NCBI GenBank assembly: GCA_965202785.1
Contig: OZ241855.1
Coordinates: forward strand, 1,088,001-1,152,000
DNA from: Thermodesulfobacteriota bacterium
GTDB taxonomy: Bacteria; Desulfobacterota_D; UBA1144; Nemesobacterales; Nemesobacteraceae
Direction: 5' to 3'
DNA length: 64,000 nt
Each line of letters opens with the position of its first letter. The first letter of the stretch is position 1. This document shows positions 29,496 to 40,404 of the stretch, piece by piece. Made by a program: the position numbers and the translations under genes. The notes under the pieces were generated by a model. That model was not told the DNA's origin. It made no database searches and saw only the letters and a list, made by a program, of their open reading frames with translations.

Positions 29496-29873
29496 ATGAA
29501 ATCTACACGAATAAAAATAAGCATAAGTCAAGACGGTTCGCTCTCCAAAGAATCCGTCGAGACCGTTGATTTTCAGTTTCCACTCATTCCGAGGAAGCTT
29601 CTGAAATCCATGGGATTTGAAAAAGTGGATGACACGACTTACGTGGGTATCGTGTCAGTTTTTCTGAACCTTCAGGACAAGGAGCAGGAGATAGAGATTG
29701 AACTAGGGGTGGAGGCTTCCGACGCGAGAAAGAAAATCCTGGATCTTTTCTCCAAGGGTTTTCAGAGTATGAGCGGGAGCGAGGCTCCTGATGCTCAAGC
29801 AAAACCAAGACCCGCCCCGAAAACAAGAAAACCGAGGGCAAGGAAGGTTTCCGCCGCGAAGAAGGCCGGCTAG
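29496..29873 (+). CDS. Hypothetical protein with basic C-terminal tail
   Basis: Clean ORF directly upstream of and co-oriented with guaB. Confidence 0.65.
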   Translation: MKSTRIKISISQDGSLSKESVETVDFQFPLIPRKLLKSMGFEKVDDTTYVGIVSVFLNLQDKEQEIEIELGVEASDARKKILDLFSKGFQSMSGSEAPDAQAKPRPAPKTRKPRARKVSAAKKAG

Positions 29874-29878
29874 CTGCT

Positions 29879-31348
29879 ATGCAGGATTTTGTTTTTGAAG
29901 AAGCGCTTACCTTTGACGACGTAATACTATCCCCATGCTACTCCGAAGTTCTGCCGAGCGAAGTTGATGTTTCGGTAAGGCTTACCCGGCGCATAAACCT
30001 TAATATTCCCATACTGAGCGCGGCCATGGATACCGTAACGGAATTCCGCACGTCAATTGCCATGGCACAGGAAGGCGGTATAGGAATAATCCACAGAAAC
30101 CTCTCCATACCGGCACAGGCGGGCGAAGTCGAGAGGGTAAAGAAATACGAAAGCGGAATGATAGTTAATCCACTGACCGTACGTCCCGGAACCCGGGTTA
30201 GCGAAGCCCTAGAGATAATGGTTGAAAACGACATCTCGGGTCTTCCCGTCGTAAAGTCCGATAACACGCTTCACGGAATAATCACTAACAGGGACATAAG
30301 ATTCGAAAAGAACATGGACCTTAAGATCGACAAGGTCATGACTCCCAAAAAGGAGCTTGTTACCGTCAAGGAAGGCACAACTCTTCTTGAAGCCAAGGAA
30401 CTTCTTCACAAGTTCAAGATAGAGAAACTCCCGGTCGTTGATGACAGCTTCAAGCTTCGCGGCCTCATAACCATGAAGGATATAGAGAAGATAGAGAAGT
30501 TTCCCAAGGCATCTAAGGACGCGATGGGAAGGCTTCTCGTGGGAGCCGCGGTCGGGGTTGACAAGCACAGCCAGGAGCGGGTGGACGAACTTGTTGCAGC
30601 AGGTTGTGACGTAATAGTGGTCGATACCGCACACGGACATTCGAAAAGGGTGCTCGACAGCTTGGCCCGTATAAGAAAAAAGTACCCGGATATAGCTCTG
30701 GTGGCCGGCAACATAGCCACCTCCGAAGCGGCCGAGGATCTTATAAAAGTCGGTGCGGATTGTCTCAAAGTGGGGGTCGGTCCCGGATCGATATGCACGA
30801 CGCGCGTGATAGCCGGCATAGGGGTGCCGCAGATAACCGCCATAAGAAAAGTCTGTTCCGTGGCGAAAAAGCACGACATACCCGTAATAGCCGACGGAGG
30901 GATAAAGTACTCGGGGGATATAACAAAGGCACTTGCCGCCGGAGCAGATTCTGTGATGATAGGAAACCTGCTCGCCGGGTCGGACGAAGCCCCTGGGGAG
31001 GTTGTTCTCTATCAGGGGAGAACCTACAAAGTTTACCGCGGCATGGGTTCCATTGAAGCGATGAGGGCCGGGAGCAGGGACCGCTACGCTCAGGATGATG
31101 AGATGATGGAGGCCAAGCTTGTTCCCGAAGGAATAGAGGGAAGGGTTCCTTACAGGGGCAATATAGGGGCCATAATTTACCAGCTTGTCGGGGGACTTCG
31201 CGCGGGAATGGGTTACACCGGTTCCGCGACTCTAAAACAACTTCAGGAAAACGCGAAGTTCGTAAAGATTACCAATGCCGGGCTTCAGGAAAGTCACGTT
31301 CACGATATTGTAATTACCAAGGAATCTCCCAACTACAGGATCGGGTGA
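29879..31348 (+). CDS. guaB: IMP dehydrogenase
   Basis: [11 protein letters not shown] pair, [20 protein letters not shown]. Confidence 0.99.
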   Translation: MQDFVFEEALTFDDVILSPCYSEVLPSEVDVSVRLTRRINLNIPILSAAMDTVTEFRTSIAMAQEGGIGIIHRNLSIPAQAGEVERVKKYESGMIVNPLTVRPGTRVSEALEIMVENDISGLPVVKSDNTLHGIITNRDIRFEKNMDLKIDKVMTPKKELVTVKEGTTLLEAKELLHKFKIEKLPVVDDSFKLRGLITMKDIEKIEKFPKASKDAMGRLLVGAAVGVDKHSQERVDELVAAGCDVIVVDTAHGHSKRVLDSLARIRKKYPDIALVAGNIATSEAAEDLIKVGADCLKVGVGPGSICTTRVIAGIGVPQITAIRKVCSVAKKHDIPVIADGGIKYSGDITKALAAGADSVMIGNLLAGSDEAPGEVVLYQGRTYKVYRGMGSIEAMRAGSRDRYAQDDEMMEAKLVPEGIEGRVPYRGNIGAIIYQLVGGLRAGMGYTGSATLKQLQENAKFVKITNAGLQESHVHDIVITKESPNYRIG

Positions 31349-31444
31349 TAACGGTTTTCTTATCTCGTAAAGTCAGCCTCAGGAAGCGCAGTTTACCTTT
31401 CAGGGTTCTTCGGATTTTATCGCAACGGGGGAGGGGGTCGTAAA

Positions 31445-32977
31445 ATGCGGGAAAAAGTTCTTGTTCTTGATTTCGGTTCCCAGTATACGCAGCTTATCGC
31501 TAGGCGCACGAGGGAACTCGGGGTTTATTCCGAAATAAAACCCTACAACACTGCCACAGACGAAATAAAGAAAGAGCCTCCGGGGGCCATAATACTCTCC
31601 GGGGGGCCCTCAAGCGTCTGGGAGGATGGTTCTCCTAGGGTGGATGGGAAAATACTGTCTTTGGGAATACCGGTTTTGGGTATCTGTTACGGGCTCCAGG
31701 TGCTGGTTTTCCAGCTAGGCGGGGAAGTCGAACGCTCCGAGAAGAGGGAATACGGTCCCGCCGTCTTGAACTCGGTAACGGAAGACCCGCTTTTCTCGGG
31801 CGTGGAGAAGACCTCGGGAGTATGGATGTCTCACGGCGACAGGGTTTTGAGGGTGCCCGAGGGATTTACAGCGATAGCCGATACCGAGAACACGGAGTGC
31901 GCGGCGGTAAGAAACGCGGGCGGAACCATCTACGGGGTGCAATTCCACCCGGAGGTCGTGCATACGGAATTCGGATCCCGGATACTTTCCAATTTCCTTT
32001 TTCAGGTGGCGGGGCTTGACGGGAACTGGACGGCAGGCTCATTCATAGAGCATTCAATACACGATATAAGGGAAAGGGTCGGGAACGACAAGATCATATG
32101 CGGGCTCTCGGGGGGAGTGGACTCTTCTGTCGCGGCGGCTCTTATTAACGAGGCGGTGGGCCGCAGGCTTTACTGTATTTTTGTTGATACGGGGTGCATG
32201 AGGCTTGATGAGGCTCAGGAGGTTTGTGACGCTTTTTCCGAATTTGAAATGAATTTCATTCACGTGGATGCTTCTGAGAGATTTCTCTCTCATCTTGAGG
32301 GTGTTGAGGATCCCGAAACGAAAAGAAAGATTATGGGCGAGCAGTTCGTGAGGGTCTTTGAGGAAGAGGCTGAGAGGATATCCGATGTCCGTTTTCTCGC
32401 TCAGGGAACACTCTATCCCGATGTTATCGAGAGCGTGAGCGTCAAGGGTCCTTCGGCCGTCATAAAGTCCCACCACAACGTCGGAGGGCTGCCGGAAAAA
32501 ATGAACCTAGAGATAGTAGAGCCTCTTCGGGAACTTTTCAAAGACGAGGTGAGAAGCGTTGGCAAGGCTCTCGGGCTTCCTTCCTCTCTCATAGGCCGCC
32601 ATCCCTTTCCCGGTCCGGGTCTTGCGATCAGGATAATGGGAGAAGTCACGCGCGAGAGACTCTCCATACTGAGACACGCGGACAGCATTTTTATAGACGA
32701 GCTTAAAAAATCGGAGGCCTATGATGAGATATGGCAGGCCTTCTGCGTTTTTATCCCGGTAAAGACGGTGGGAGTGATGGGCGATGAGCGCACCTATGAA
32801 AACGTCTGTGCCCTGAGGGCTGTGAGCAGCACGGATGGAATGACCGCCGACTGGTCGAAGATATCCTATGATCTGCTCGGAAAAATCTCAGTAAGGATCA
32901 TAAACGAGGTAAAGGGAATAAACCGGGTCGTATACGATATATCCACAAAACCTCCCGGCACCATAGAGTGGCAGTGA
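31445..32977 (+). CDS. guaA: GMP synthase
   Basis: DFGSQY, GICYG, QFHPEV, SGGVDS, IKSHHNVGG, KPPGTIEW. Confidence 0.99.
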   Translation: MREKVLVLDFGSQYTQLIARRTRELGVYSEIKPYNTATDEIKKEPPGAIILSGGPSSVWEDGSPRVDGKILSLGIPVLGICYGLQVLVFQLGGEVERSEKREYGPAVLNSVTEDPLFSGVEKTSGVWMSHGDRVLRVPEGFTAIADTENTECAAVRNAGGTIYGVQFHPEVVHTEFGSRILSNFLFQVAGLDGNWTAGSFIEHSIHDIRERVGNDKIICGLSGGVDSSVAAALINEAVGRRLYCIFVDTGCMRLDEAQEVCDAFSEFEMNFIHVDASERFLSHLEGVEDPETKRKIMGEQFVRVFEEEAERISDVRFLAQGTLYPDVIESVSVKGPSAVIKSHHNVGGLPEKMNLEIVEPLRELFKDEVRSVGKALGLPSSLIGRHPFPGPGLAIRIMGEVTRERLSILRHADSIFIDELKKSEAYDEIWQAFCVFIPVKTVGVMGDERTYENVCALRAVSSTDGMTADWSKISYDLLGKISVRIINEVKGINRVVYDISTKPPGTIEWQ

Positions 32978-32980
32978 AAT

Positions 32981-33193
32981 CTAGCTGACTCTTTTTTTGA
33001 ATATGGCGAATTCGCCCGTGATGGTGGCAAGTTCCCAGCCGTCGTTACCAAGCGAGACAAGAGAATCCTCAAGGCTTCCCCTGGTATTCTCCCTTCTTGA
33101 GTCAACCTCTTCCTTGTAGACCGCTATATCATGGTCCTGAGGTCTTTTAACAAGCACATCAGTCGAGACTACCTTGTATTCCCAGCGCTCCAT
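32981..33193 (-). CDS. Small DUF4177-like protein
   Basis: WEYKVV...LG.DGWEL..I...IFKK. Confidence 0.75.
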   Translation of the reverse strand: MERWEYKVVSTDVLVKRPQDHDIAVYKEEVDSRRENTRGSLEDSLVSLGNDGWELATITGEFAIFKKRVS

Positions 33194-33366
33194 TATTCTT
33201 CCTGGTCTCCGGCTTCCTCTTCTTCGTCGATGACAAGGGATGTTGCCTTGTCACTTACGTCGGGCAGGGATTTTACGTGTTTTTCGTAATCCTTCCGGGT
33301 AATATGCCCTTCTTCTATATATCTTTTGTAAATCCGTACATCAAAAAATTCTTCGTTATCCTGCAT
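33193..33366 (-). CDS. 57-aa small protein absent from the ORF track
   Basis: GGAGG SD; MQDNEEFFDVRIYKRYIEEGHITRKDYEKHVKSLPDVSDKATSLVIDEEEEAGDQEE; stop overlaps the next ATG (TAATG). Confidence 0.75.
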   Translation of the reverse strand: MQDNEEFFDVRIYKRYIEEGHITRKDYEKHVKSLPDVSDKATSLVIDEEEEAGDQEE

Positions 33367-33440
33367 TATCCATCCTCCGAAGGAAAAACAATTCTAACCA
33401 CGAGCGAGGTTTTTTCAAAGACAGAGACTTCAGGCTCCCG

Positions 33441-34367
33441 TTAATTTCTTCCCTGCAAGAACCAGTTCCATGTTCTAAAAAGGCCTTCGCGCAAGGTCAC
33501 CTGCGCGTTCCATCCGAACCTCTCTTTTGCCAGGGAGCAGTCAAGACTTATCCTTCTTACTTCTCCTGGGCGCTCTTTTTCGTGAACAGTCGTGAATTCG
33601 GTTTTAGTTACCTCCCCCAGTATGCGCACTATGTCGTTTACAGAGATCTCGATCGAGGTTCCTATGTTAAAAGTTCCTTCTTCTTTGAGGGTTGCGGCGA
33701 GCAGGTTTGCCCGCGAGACATCGGAGACGTGCACGTAATCCCTTGTCTGTTCTCCGTCTCCGAATATGATGCAGGTTTTTCCGCTGATTATTTTCTCACA
33801 GAAAATCCCTATCACACCGGCTTCTCCCTCGGGGTTCTGCCTTTCTCCGTAAACGTTTGAGTATCTCAGAATCACATGTCCGAAACCATGGTTCCTTGAA
33901 TGGTATCTTACGTAATTTTCCGTTGAGAGTTTCGAGATTCCATAGGGGGAAAGAGGAAGAGCGGGGGTTGTCTCACTGGCTGGAAGTTTCTTTGGTTCTC
34001 CGTAGAGAGCGCCGCCTGTGGATGAAAAAATAAACTTCCTGGTTTTGTGTTCCGCGCAGAGTCTAAGAACGTTAAGGGAACCGCCTATGTTTACATCGGC
34101 GTCAAAGCTGGGATTTTCAACGGAATCTCTTACGTTTATCTGCGCTGCGTGGTGGTTGACGATTTGGGGGCGGAATCGGCGAAACGCTTTTTCGAGTCCT
34201 GTAAAATCCCTTACGTCGCATTCGATGAATTCGGCTTCTGTGGGGATATTGCTTTCAGATCCGGTGGAGAGGTTGTCAATCACGAGAACCTCGTGGCCCT
34301 CGGAGATATACGCTTCGCATACCCAGGAGCCTATGAAACCCGCTCCGCCTGTAACTATTATTCTCAC
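33441..34367 (-). CDS. NAD-dependent epimerase (UDP-glucose 4-epimerase-like)
   Basis: TGGAGFIG, SSTGGALYG, YGISK, RYSNVYG, RDYVHV. Confidence 0.92.
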   Translation of the reverse strand: MRIIVTGGAGFIGSWVCEAYISEGHEVLVIDNLSTGSESNIPTEAEFIECDVRDFTGLEKAFRRFRPQIVNHHAAQINVRDSVENPSFDADVNIGGSLNVLRLCAEHKTRKFIFSSTGGALYGEPKKLPASETTPALPLSPYGISKLSTENYVRYHSRNHGFGHVILRYSNVYGERQNPEGEAGVIGIFCEKIISGKTCIIFGDGEQTRDYVHVSDVSRANLLAATLKEEGTFNIGTSIEISVNDIVRILGEVTKTEFTTVHEKERPGEVRRISLDCSLAKERFGWNAQVTLREGLFRTWNWFLQGRN

Positions 34368-34473
34368 TTTTTTTCCTTCCGGATGCCGTGAAATAATAGT
34401 TTTCCCCTAGGGTTTTGTCAAAGAGTAGCTTAGTGCGAAGCTCAGAACTGGTTTAATAGTCTAGAAGACCAGA

Positions 34474-34515
34474 GAGCGGACATGCCAAGTCTGATTGTTG
34501 ACCGCATGTCCGCTC
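34474..34515. terminator. 12-bp inverted repeat, possible terminator or stem-loop
   Basis: GAGCGGACATGC-18nt-GCATGTCCGCTC downstream of the lipoprotein gene; no clear U tract. Confidence 0.4.
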
Positions 34516-34577
34516 CTGATCTGTTTCCCGCCATTTAGCGGAGTTCCAGTTATTAATTCGAGATAGAACTGGATTGG

Positions 34578-35306
34578 TTAAGGAAGATCCAAAACGCCAT
34601 CTCCATCCGCTTCCAAAAGTATGTGGCAATCCTTGAGACTGCCATCCTCCTTTTCTAGGTATTTTGCCAATGCGGAGTGTGGAGTGTTTTGGTCCTCTGG
34701 TCCACAGTTGCCGTCTTCTATGTTGTTTGAAACATCAGTACTTGCCGGTATCAGCACGTATGGGCAGACCACCGCAGGTTTGAGTGCATCTTCTCCTCCC
34801 GGGCGGTAAGCATAGCCGGTCCAGTAACCGGTATATATCGTTTCCCCATCGGCAACGGGAATATCATCGTCGGCCCTTGCGGCAAGAAAGTATGCTCCGG
34901 GCCTGTCAAAAACCTCTCCTGTCTGACTTACATAGACGGATACGATAGTCTTCGGATTATAAGCACTCTCGCCGACCTCTATACCAATTTGCGGGAAGTA
35001 CGCATCTCCAAAAAGGGTGCCGCGGGCGACGAGCGTGACGTTAGATTCCCTCTCAGCCACCTCTTTTCCTTCCGAAAAAATTTGCACTCTCTCACTTGTA
35101 CAATCCGTATTGTTGTTCGCGTCAATACTTGTATAGAATCCTCTCATTTCTATTGGCTCTACTTCATCCTCATCGTCATCTAGAAGATCACAAGATGAGA
35201 GCGCAAGCAATCCGGCAAGGCAAAATACTGCCGAAAGAACAAAAATCCCAAGACCGCGCAACCCTCGTATACGGCGCCACGCTGAATTGCTATAAAATTT
35301 CTCCAT
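34578..35306 (-). CDS. Putative lipoprotein
   Basis: Hydrophobic signal and lipobox LSSC, acidic linker, several Cys residues. Confidence 0.7.
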   Translation of the reverse strand: MEKFYSNSAWRRIRGLRGLGIFVLSAVFCLAGLLALSSCDLLDDDEDEVEPIEMRGFYTSIDANNNTDCTSERVQIFSEGKEVAERESNVTLVARGTLFGDAYFPQIGIEVGESAYNPKTIVSVYVSQTGEVFDRPGAYFLAARADDDIPVADGETIYTGYWTGYAYRPGGEDALKPAVVCPYVLIPASTDVSNNIEDGNCGPEDQNTPHSALAKYLEKEDGSLKDCHILLEADGDGVLDLP

Positions 35307-35567
35307 GATCGAAAACCCCCTCAAATAATAAGATATCAAATTATTGCACAATCCGGGTAGAAAAGTCTATATTTTTTTAACCTGTCCAGAGCATTATTCT
35401 CGTGTCGGTACACATGAAGACTTTGCGCTTCGGTTTGTCCGGTTTTTAAGTTATACTCTCCCTTCAAAACCGGTTTTTTTTCCGCCGGAATAGATGTATC
35501 AATCGTTCCGAGAGTGTCTGTACTTTTATTCAAAGGGCAAAATCATAAAGACCGGGCTTAATTCGCT

Positions 35568-36344
35568 ATGCTTCTCACAATTGACGTTGGCAACACGAGT
35601 ATAATGGTCGGAATATTTTCCGGAGAGGATCTCGTATACAGTTTCAGAATTGATACCGACAGAACCAAAAGTCCTGATGACTACGGAATTATCTTATTCG
35701 GGAAGATGGACGAGAAAGACATATCTCCCTCTTCGTTCAGCGGTTCCATACTCTCCTGCGTGGTCGCCGAGATGGAAGAGGGGGTGGCGAAACTGGTAGA
35801 GAAATATTTCGGTCACCGGCCCATAATAGTGGGTCCTGAGACAAGAACGGGAATGCCGATTCGGATTTATAGTCCCGAAGAGCTCGGGGCCGATAGAATA
35901 GCAAACGCCGTTGCGGCTTACCACCGTTTCGGTGGAAGCGTGATAGTGGTTGATCTCGGCACGGCGACCACCTTTGACTGTGTTTCCGAAAAAGGAGAGT
36001 ATCTGGGCGGAATCATAGTTCCCGGGATCGAGCTTTCCACGGTGGCGCTTTACCACGGAACTTCCAAGCTTCCGAAGGTTGATCCCGAGAAACCCGAGCA
36101 GGTGATAGGCAAAGACACCGTCGAGTGCATACAGTCGGGGCTGTTTTACGGTTACGCCTCGATGATTGACGGGCTTTGCGCGAAACTCAAAGAGGAGATG
36201 GGTTCTTCTCCCGAAATCGTAATTACCGGAGGGTTTGCCGAAGCGATCTCTGAGGAGTGCGCCTGCGTGAACCGGGTCGACAAGGACCTTGCTCTCCACG
36301 GCCTGAGACTGCTCCATGAACTCAACTCTCAGATACTCTGTTAG
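35568..36344 (+). CDS. coaX: Type III pantothenate kinase
   Basis: IDVGNT, LGADR, DLGTATT, ITGG. Confidence 0.95.
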   Translation: MLLTIDVGNTSIMVGIFSGEDLVYSFRIDTDRTKSPDDYGIILFGKMDEKDISPSSFSGSILSCVVAEMEEGVAKLVEKYFGHRPIIVGPETRTGMPIRIYSPEELGADRIANAVAAYHRFGGSVIVVDLGTATTFDCVSEKGEYLGGIIVPGIELSTVALYHGTSKLPKVDPEKPEQVIGKDTVECIQSGLFYGYASMIDGLCAKLKEEMGSSPEIVITGGFAEAISEECACVNRVDKDLALHGLRLLHELNSQILC

Positions 36345-36720
36345 GAAAATCGTCTCGGAAACCACCTGTTTTGTTCTCTCACTCGAACTCTCAGACGGTC
36401 ATCGCCACTGGGTTTTTCCAAACGCGGAATGGATGGACAAGAGAGAAAAGGCTATCGGGATCGAGTTTGAAGAAAATGACCTTTGGACCTTTCTCTGTGG
36501 GCAGTGCTACTCGGCGAAAGCTGATTTTTCAGTTTCCGGAAGGTACGTTCCGAGTCACGAAGGACTCTCCAAACTCTCTTTTAATCTCGATGGTTCGCCG
36601 CTACTTTGGGGTAATTACGTTCTGCTCTCTCCCAGTTGGGGACGTCACTCGAAAAAAAAGATGTGGCTTCTAATCCCCTCTTCGGGGCGGGAGCGCGGTC
36701 GGCAATAGGGGGGGGCTATT

Positions 36721-39447
36721 TCAAGTCAGGTCGGAGGGTGCTTGCGTATGGGTTTCTGTTTCCGGGAGCATTTTTACCCGCCCTTTAAATTCCTCGGATC
36801 CGGGATCGTAAAAAATTTCCTTTTCGTTTGCTAAAAACAGTCCTTTCCATAACGCATATCCTTTTCTGTTCATGTGAAGGCCGTCTTCAGTGAACAGCTC
36901 CTCTCTTATATCTCCATTCTCATTTAGCATGTAGTCGTAGACATTCAGATAAAAGGTGTTGGGCTCTCTTGACAGAAACTGCCTTACGAGATCGTTTGAC
37001 GCCTTGATTCTGTCAAGAAAATGGAACCTTACGGGACTCGGTTTTATTGAGACGAAGGTAAATTTCGTATGGGGGTAGGATTCTCTGAAGCGGTAGTAGA
37101 AATCCACAAAGAAATTCAGCACCTGCCTAGGAATACAGCCATCCCCTATGTCGTTATCGCCTGCATAGAAGACTAGGGATTTAACGTCATTAGGCTTTAT
37201 AAGCCGCTCGAAATAGTGCAGGCAGTAGGCTATCCTGGCGCCTCCGAAACCGAGATTCAAGGCGTTGTAATCGGAGAAATCCCTTGCCATGCCCCTCCAG
37301 AGGCGGAAACTTGAACTGCCGTAAAATACCGTCGCGTCATTCTTTTTCCCGACATGACGTCTCTCAAGGATTCTTATGTCCTGTTCAAACAGGTTTTTAT
37401 CGATTGCTGGGAACTCTTTCTCAACCTGCTCAAAGGTTTTTAAATTTATCTTGGTGGATTCCGCCCGTTTTGCGAGTCCTGCTGCCTCTTCCACATATTT
37501 CCTGTACTCGTTTCCGTATTCCCTGACGAACTCAAAGAGCCTGTCTTTGTTCTCTCCCGGATTTTTTACGTGATCGGAGACCCTGAAGGGCTTTTTTATC
37601 ACTAGGGAGAACACGTTCTGGTTTATCCTTTTGTCAAAGTTCGCCACCGCTACGGGAACGATGTAGGGCTCAGGTAAAACGGACGCGGCCAGAAGAAAAG
37701 CACCGAGTTTGAACGGACCGGGAGATTCCTCTGTCGTCATGCTGGTCCCCTCTGGACTTATTACTATGTTAAATCCTTTTCCTAGATGCTCCTTGGCCAT
37801 CTCATAGAACTTTTTCCTCCAAGCTTTTCTCCGCTCGGGGGTTCCTTGGGAGAGATCGGATTCGTCGGTGTAAACATTTATGTGCCCGAGCCTCTCATAG
37901 TAATATTCATGTCCGTATTCTTCCGCCCTTGGAACGCGTACGACGCGGATCCCGGCCTCGCCGTACTTGGCGTAGAGAACCATCGAACTTATGAAGTGGG
38001 AATCGAGCGTAATCTGAAAATGGTTGGGAAGGGTGTTATAGGGATGGTTCAGCAGATGATTGTATATGAAGATGTGTCCCGGCTCATCTGGCAGGTTCTC
38101 CCAGCCTTCAATTACGTAAGGAGTGCTATTGAAGACTCCAGCGAACTGCTTGGCCGCCATGGTTCTTATTTCGCTTGGAGAAAGTGACTTGGGCGCTACG
38201 GTCACGGACTGATAGACATTTTTTAAACCCTCGAAAAAATTGTATTCCTTGTAGATTTTTCCGAGAATATCAAGGCTGAGACGGGACAGTTCCCTCTCAA
38301 GGCTCTCGCCTTCTTTTTCCAGTCTGAACAGAAGCCGGAAAGCGTCATCTAGCGTAAGCGGGCTGTTTAGCAGATGGGGAAGTTTATGAATGGGGGAGTT
38401 TACACTTAGCTGCATGGAGTTTTGCTCGATAAGGTTGCTTATAGCCAGTATTTCTCGCTCGTATCTTTGCGATATTAGCCCCGCGCGGGCATTTCGAAGC
38501 CGGATTGACACCAGCCACAAAAGCCTTCTGGCCAGAGCCAGAGCCGAGTGGGAATCCTGATTCAGGATTTTGTGAAGATTGCGGGAGCTTATGTGATAGA
38601 TAACCGAGTTTCTGCTCGCAACTGCGGTGACATCGTTTGATCCGGCGGGAGCGGCGCCCATCCATCCGACCATGTATCCCGGGAGGTTGATCAGGTGAAG
38701 CGCGGCGGATTCCTCGATCCCTCCCTGCGCCCCGTCGGGAGAGAAGCACAGTGCCGCCTTTCCGTAAGCCAGTATGTCCATTCCTTTTGAGGCATCCCCT
38801 TGGTTGAATATGGGCTCGTTGTTCAGATAGTATTTTTTCTGGGTCGCTTTTGCCAGCTGGCGCAGTGTCTTATCAGGGAAAACCTCGAAAAAAGGAGATT
38901 GCCTCAAAAGCTGAAGCGGGTTGGGTACGGATATGTATTTCCCTTCCTGGGAAAAATCGCCCGTTTTCCCCGTCTCAATGTCCCAGTTGACGTTGTTGTA
39001 TTCTGCAAGCTCGGTTCTGACATGTTTTAGAAGGTTTATGCTTTTGCCGAGAACGAAAAGCAGGAATTCGCATCCCAGAAGGGGTTCCTGGTCAAAGAAT
39101 TTTTCAAGATTCTGGTGACTCCACTTTAGCAGGACGCAGGGCCTCTCGCATGTAATTGTTGTGTAGTAGCGTTTGGGAGAGCGAAAGCCCGACCAGCCTA
39201 CGGGAGTGAATTTTTCGTCGCTTTTTCCTACCGAGAATTCATCGGTTCTGTCTTCGACGCTGATTGAGAAATTCACCAGGCCCTCTACGAGAAAGTAGAA
39301 AGAATGGCTGGGTTCGAACTGCTTGGTGAGAACATAGCGTTCCGGCACTTCTATCAGTTCGCCTATCTTAAGCAGGAAATCGGTCTTGTCTTTCTCGAAA
39401 TTCGAAACGAACGGAAGTTCGCTGAATATCTCTTTTTTTTCCCACAT
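36721..39447 (-). CDS. Fusion protein: 2x cNMP-binding + PlsC-like acyltransferase + SGNH/GDSL hydrolase
   Basis: Two CAP_ED-like domains (VGWSG/VGWMG); IFIYNH and SPEGTS; SGNH blocks FYGSSS, GFGG, YAGDND, DGLH. Confidence 0.8.
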   Translation of the reverse strand: MWEKKEIFSELPFVSNFEKDKTDFLLKIGELIEVPERYVLTKQFEPSHSFYFLVEGLVNFSISVEDRTDEFSVGKSDEKFTPVGWSGFRSPKRYYTTITCERPCVLLKWSHQNLEKFFDQEPLLGCEFLLFVLGKSINLLKHVRTELAEYNNVNWDIETGKTGDFSQEGKYISVPNPLQLLRQSPFFEVFPDKTLRQLAKATQKKYYLNNEPIFNQGDASKGMDILAYGKAALCFSPDGAQGGIEESAALHLINLPGYMVGWMGAAPAGSNDVTAVASRNSVIYHISSRNLHKILNQDSHSALALARRLLWLVSIRLRNARAGLISQRYEREILAISNLIEQNSMQLSVNSPIHKLPHLLNSPLTLDDAFRLLFRLEKEGESLERELSRLSLDILGKIYKEYNFFEGLKNVYQSVTVAPKSLSPSEIRTMAAKQFAGVFNSTPYVIEGWENLPDEPGHIFIYNHLLNHPYNTLPNHFQITLDSHFISSMVLYAKYGEAGIRVVRVPRAEEYGHEYYYERLGHINVYTDESDLSQGTPERRKAWRKKFYEMAKEHLGKGFNIVISPEGTSMTTEESPGPFKLGAFLLAASVLPEPYIVPVAVANFDKRINQNVFSLVIKKPFRVSDHVKNPGENKDRLFEFVREYGNEYRKYVEEAAGLAKRAESTKINLKTFEQVEKEFPAIDKNLFEQDIRILERRHVGKKNDATVFYGSSSFRLWRGMARDFSDYNALNLGFGGARIAYCLHYFERLIKPNDVKSLVFYAGDNDIGDGCIPRQVLNFFVDFYYRFRESYPHTKFTFVSIKPSPVRFHFLDRIKASNDLVRQFLSREPNTFYLNVYDYMLNENGDIREELFTEDGLHMNRKGYALWKGLFLANEKEIFYDPGSEEFKGRVKMLPETETHTQAPSDLT

Positions 39448-39602
39448 AAAAATAAAATCATACCTTTTTTGCTGGCATAATATACTTTATCGCCGGAAGT
39501 CAGCTGACCGTTCGGACAAGACCAAGGGCTTTTTCGCAATTTTGTTGAAAACAGTTTACATTGATTTGAAAAAACTACGGAAACTTTTCCCAAGGAGACT
39601 CA

Positions 39603-39905
39603 ATGATAAAACGTATGGTGATGTGGAAACTGAAGGATTCACACGAAGGAATGAGCAAGGATGAGCTCATTGCCAATTTCAAACAGGAAATAGAGGGACT
39701 GAAAAGCGCCGTTCCGGAGATAAAGACTATGGAACTTGGCAAGAGTTTTAGTGAGCTTCCCGTCACGTACGATGTAGCCCTCTATTCTGAGTTCGACTCG
39801 AAGGAAGATTACGAAGTTTTCCTGAAGCATCCCGAGCACTTAAAGGTCGGGAAGTTCATCCGGCAGATAAGAACGGACGTGGCTCTTGTCGAATACGAAA
39901 CGTGA
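39603..39905 (+). CDS. Dabb (stress-responsive alpha/beta barrel) protein, copy 1
   Basis: MIKRMVMWKLK...YDVALYSEFDS...HPEH. Confidence 0.9.
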   Translation: MIKRMVMWKLKDSHEGMSKDELIANFKQEIEGLKSAVPEIKTMELGKSFSELPVTYDVALYSEFDSKEDYEVFLKHPEHLKVGKFIRQIRTDVALVEYET

Positions 39906-40101
39906 TTTCTCTGGTTCCGCCCTTGCTAGTTGAATAAGGGGATATATCAAGCACGGATACACTGTTATCCGCTTTTATCGGCATAATATACTTGTTGTCA
40001 AAAGCCGGATAACTGTCTGGATAGAGGATTTTTCGCAATTCTGCGAGAAATAATTTATACTGCTTTGGAAAGGTACAGACACTTTTCCCAAGGAGACCCA
40101 A

Positions 40102-40404
40102 GTGTTAAAGCATATAGTGATGTGGAAAATCAAGGAGTCGCACGAAGGGACGGACAAGGATGAGATTATGGACAGGATTAAGGAGGAGCTCGAAGGCCTC
40201 AAAAGTTCCATTCCTGAGATAAAGACCATGGAGATCGGCAGGAATTCTAACGAACTTCCCACATCGTTTGATGTTGCTCTTTATTCCGAGTTCGAATCCA
40301 AGGAAGATCTTGAGATCTACAAGGAGCACCCCGAGCACGTAAAGGTCGCACAGTTCATCCGGCAGGTAACGATAGATGCGGTTGTTGTCGACTACGAAAC
40401 GTGA
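40102..40404 (+). CDS. Dabb protein, copy 2
   Basis: LKHIVMWKIK...FDVALYSEFES...Y.EHPEH...VVDYE. Confidence 0.92.
   Translation: MLKHIVMWKIKESHEGTDKDEIMDRIKEELEGLKSSIPEIKTMEIGRNSNELPTSFDVALYSEFESKEDLEIYKEHPEHVKVAQFIRQVTIDAVVVDYET

Noticed and set aside
36316-36715. 130-aa ORF after coaX and a G8 run
   Set aside because: There are no motifs or SD and two frames compete. The G run is intergenic and is not followed by an ATG.
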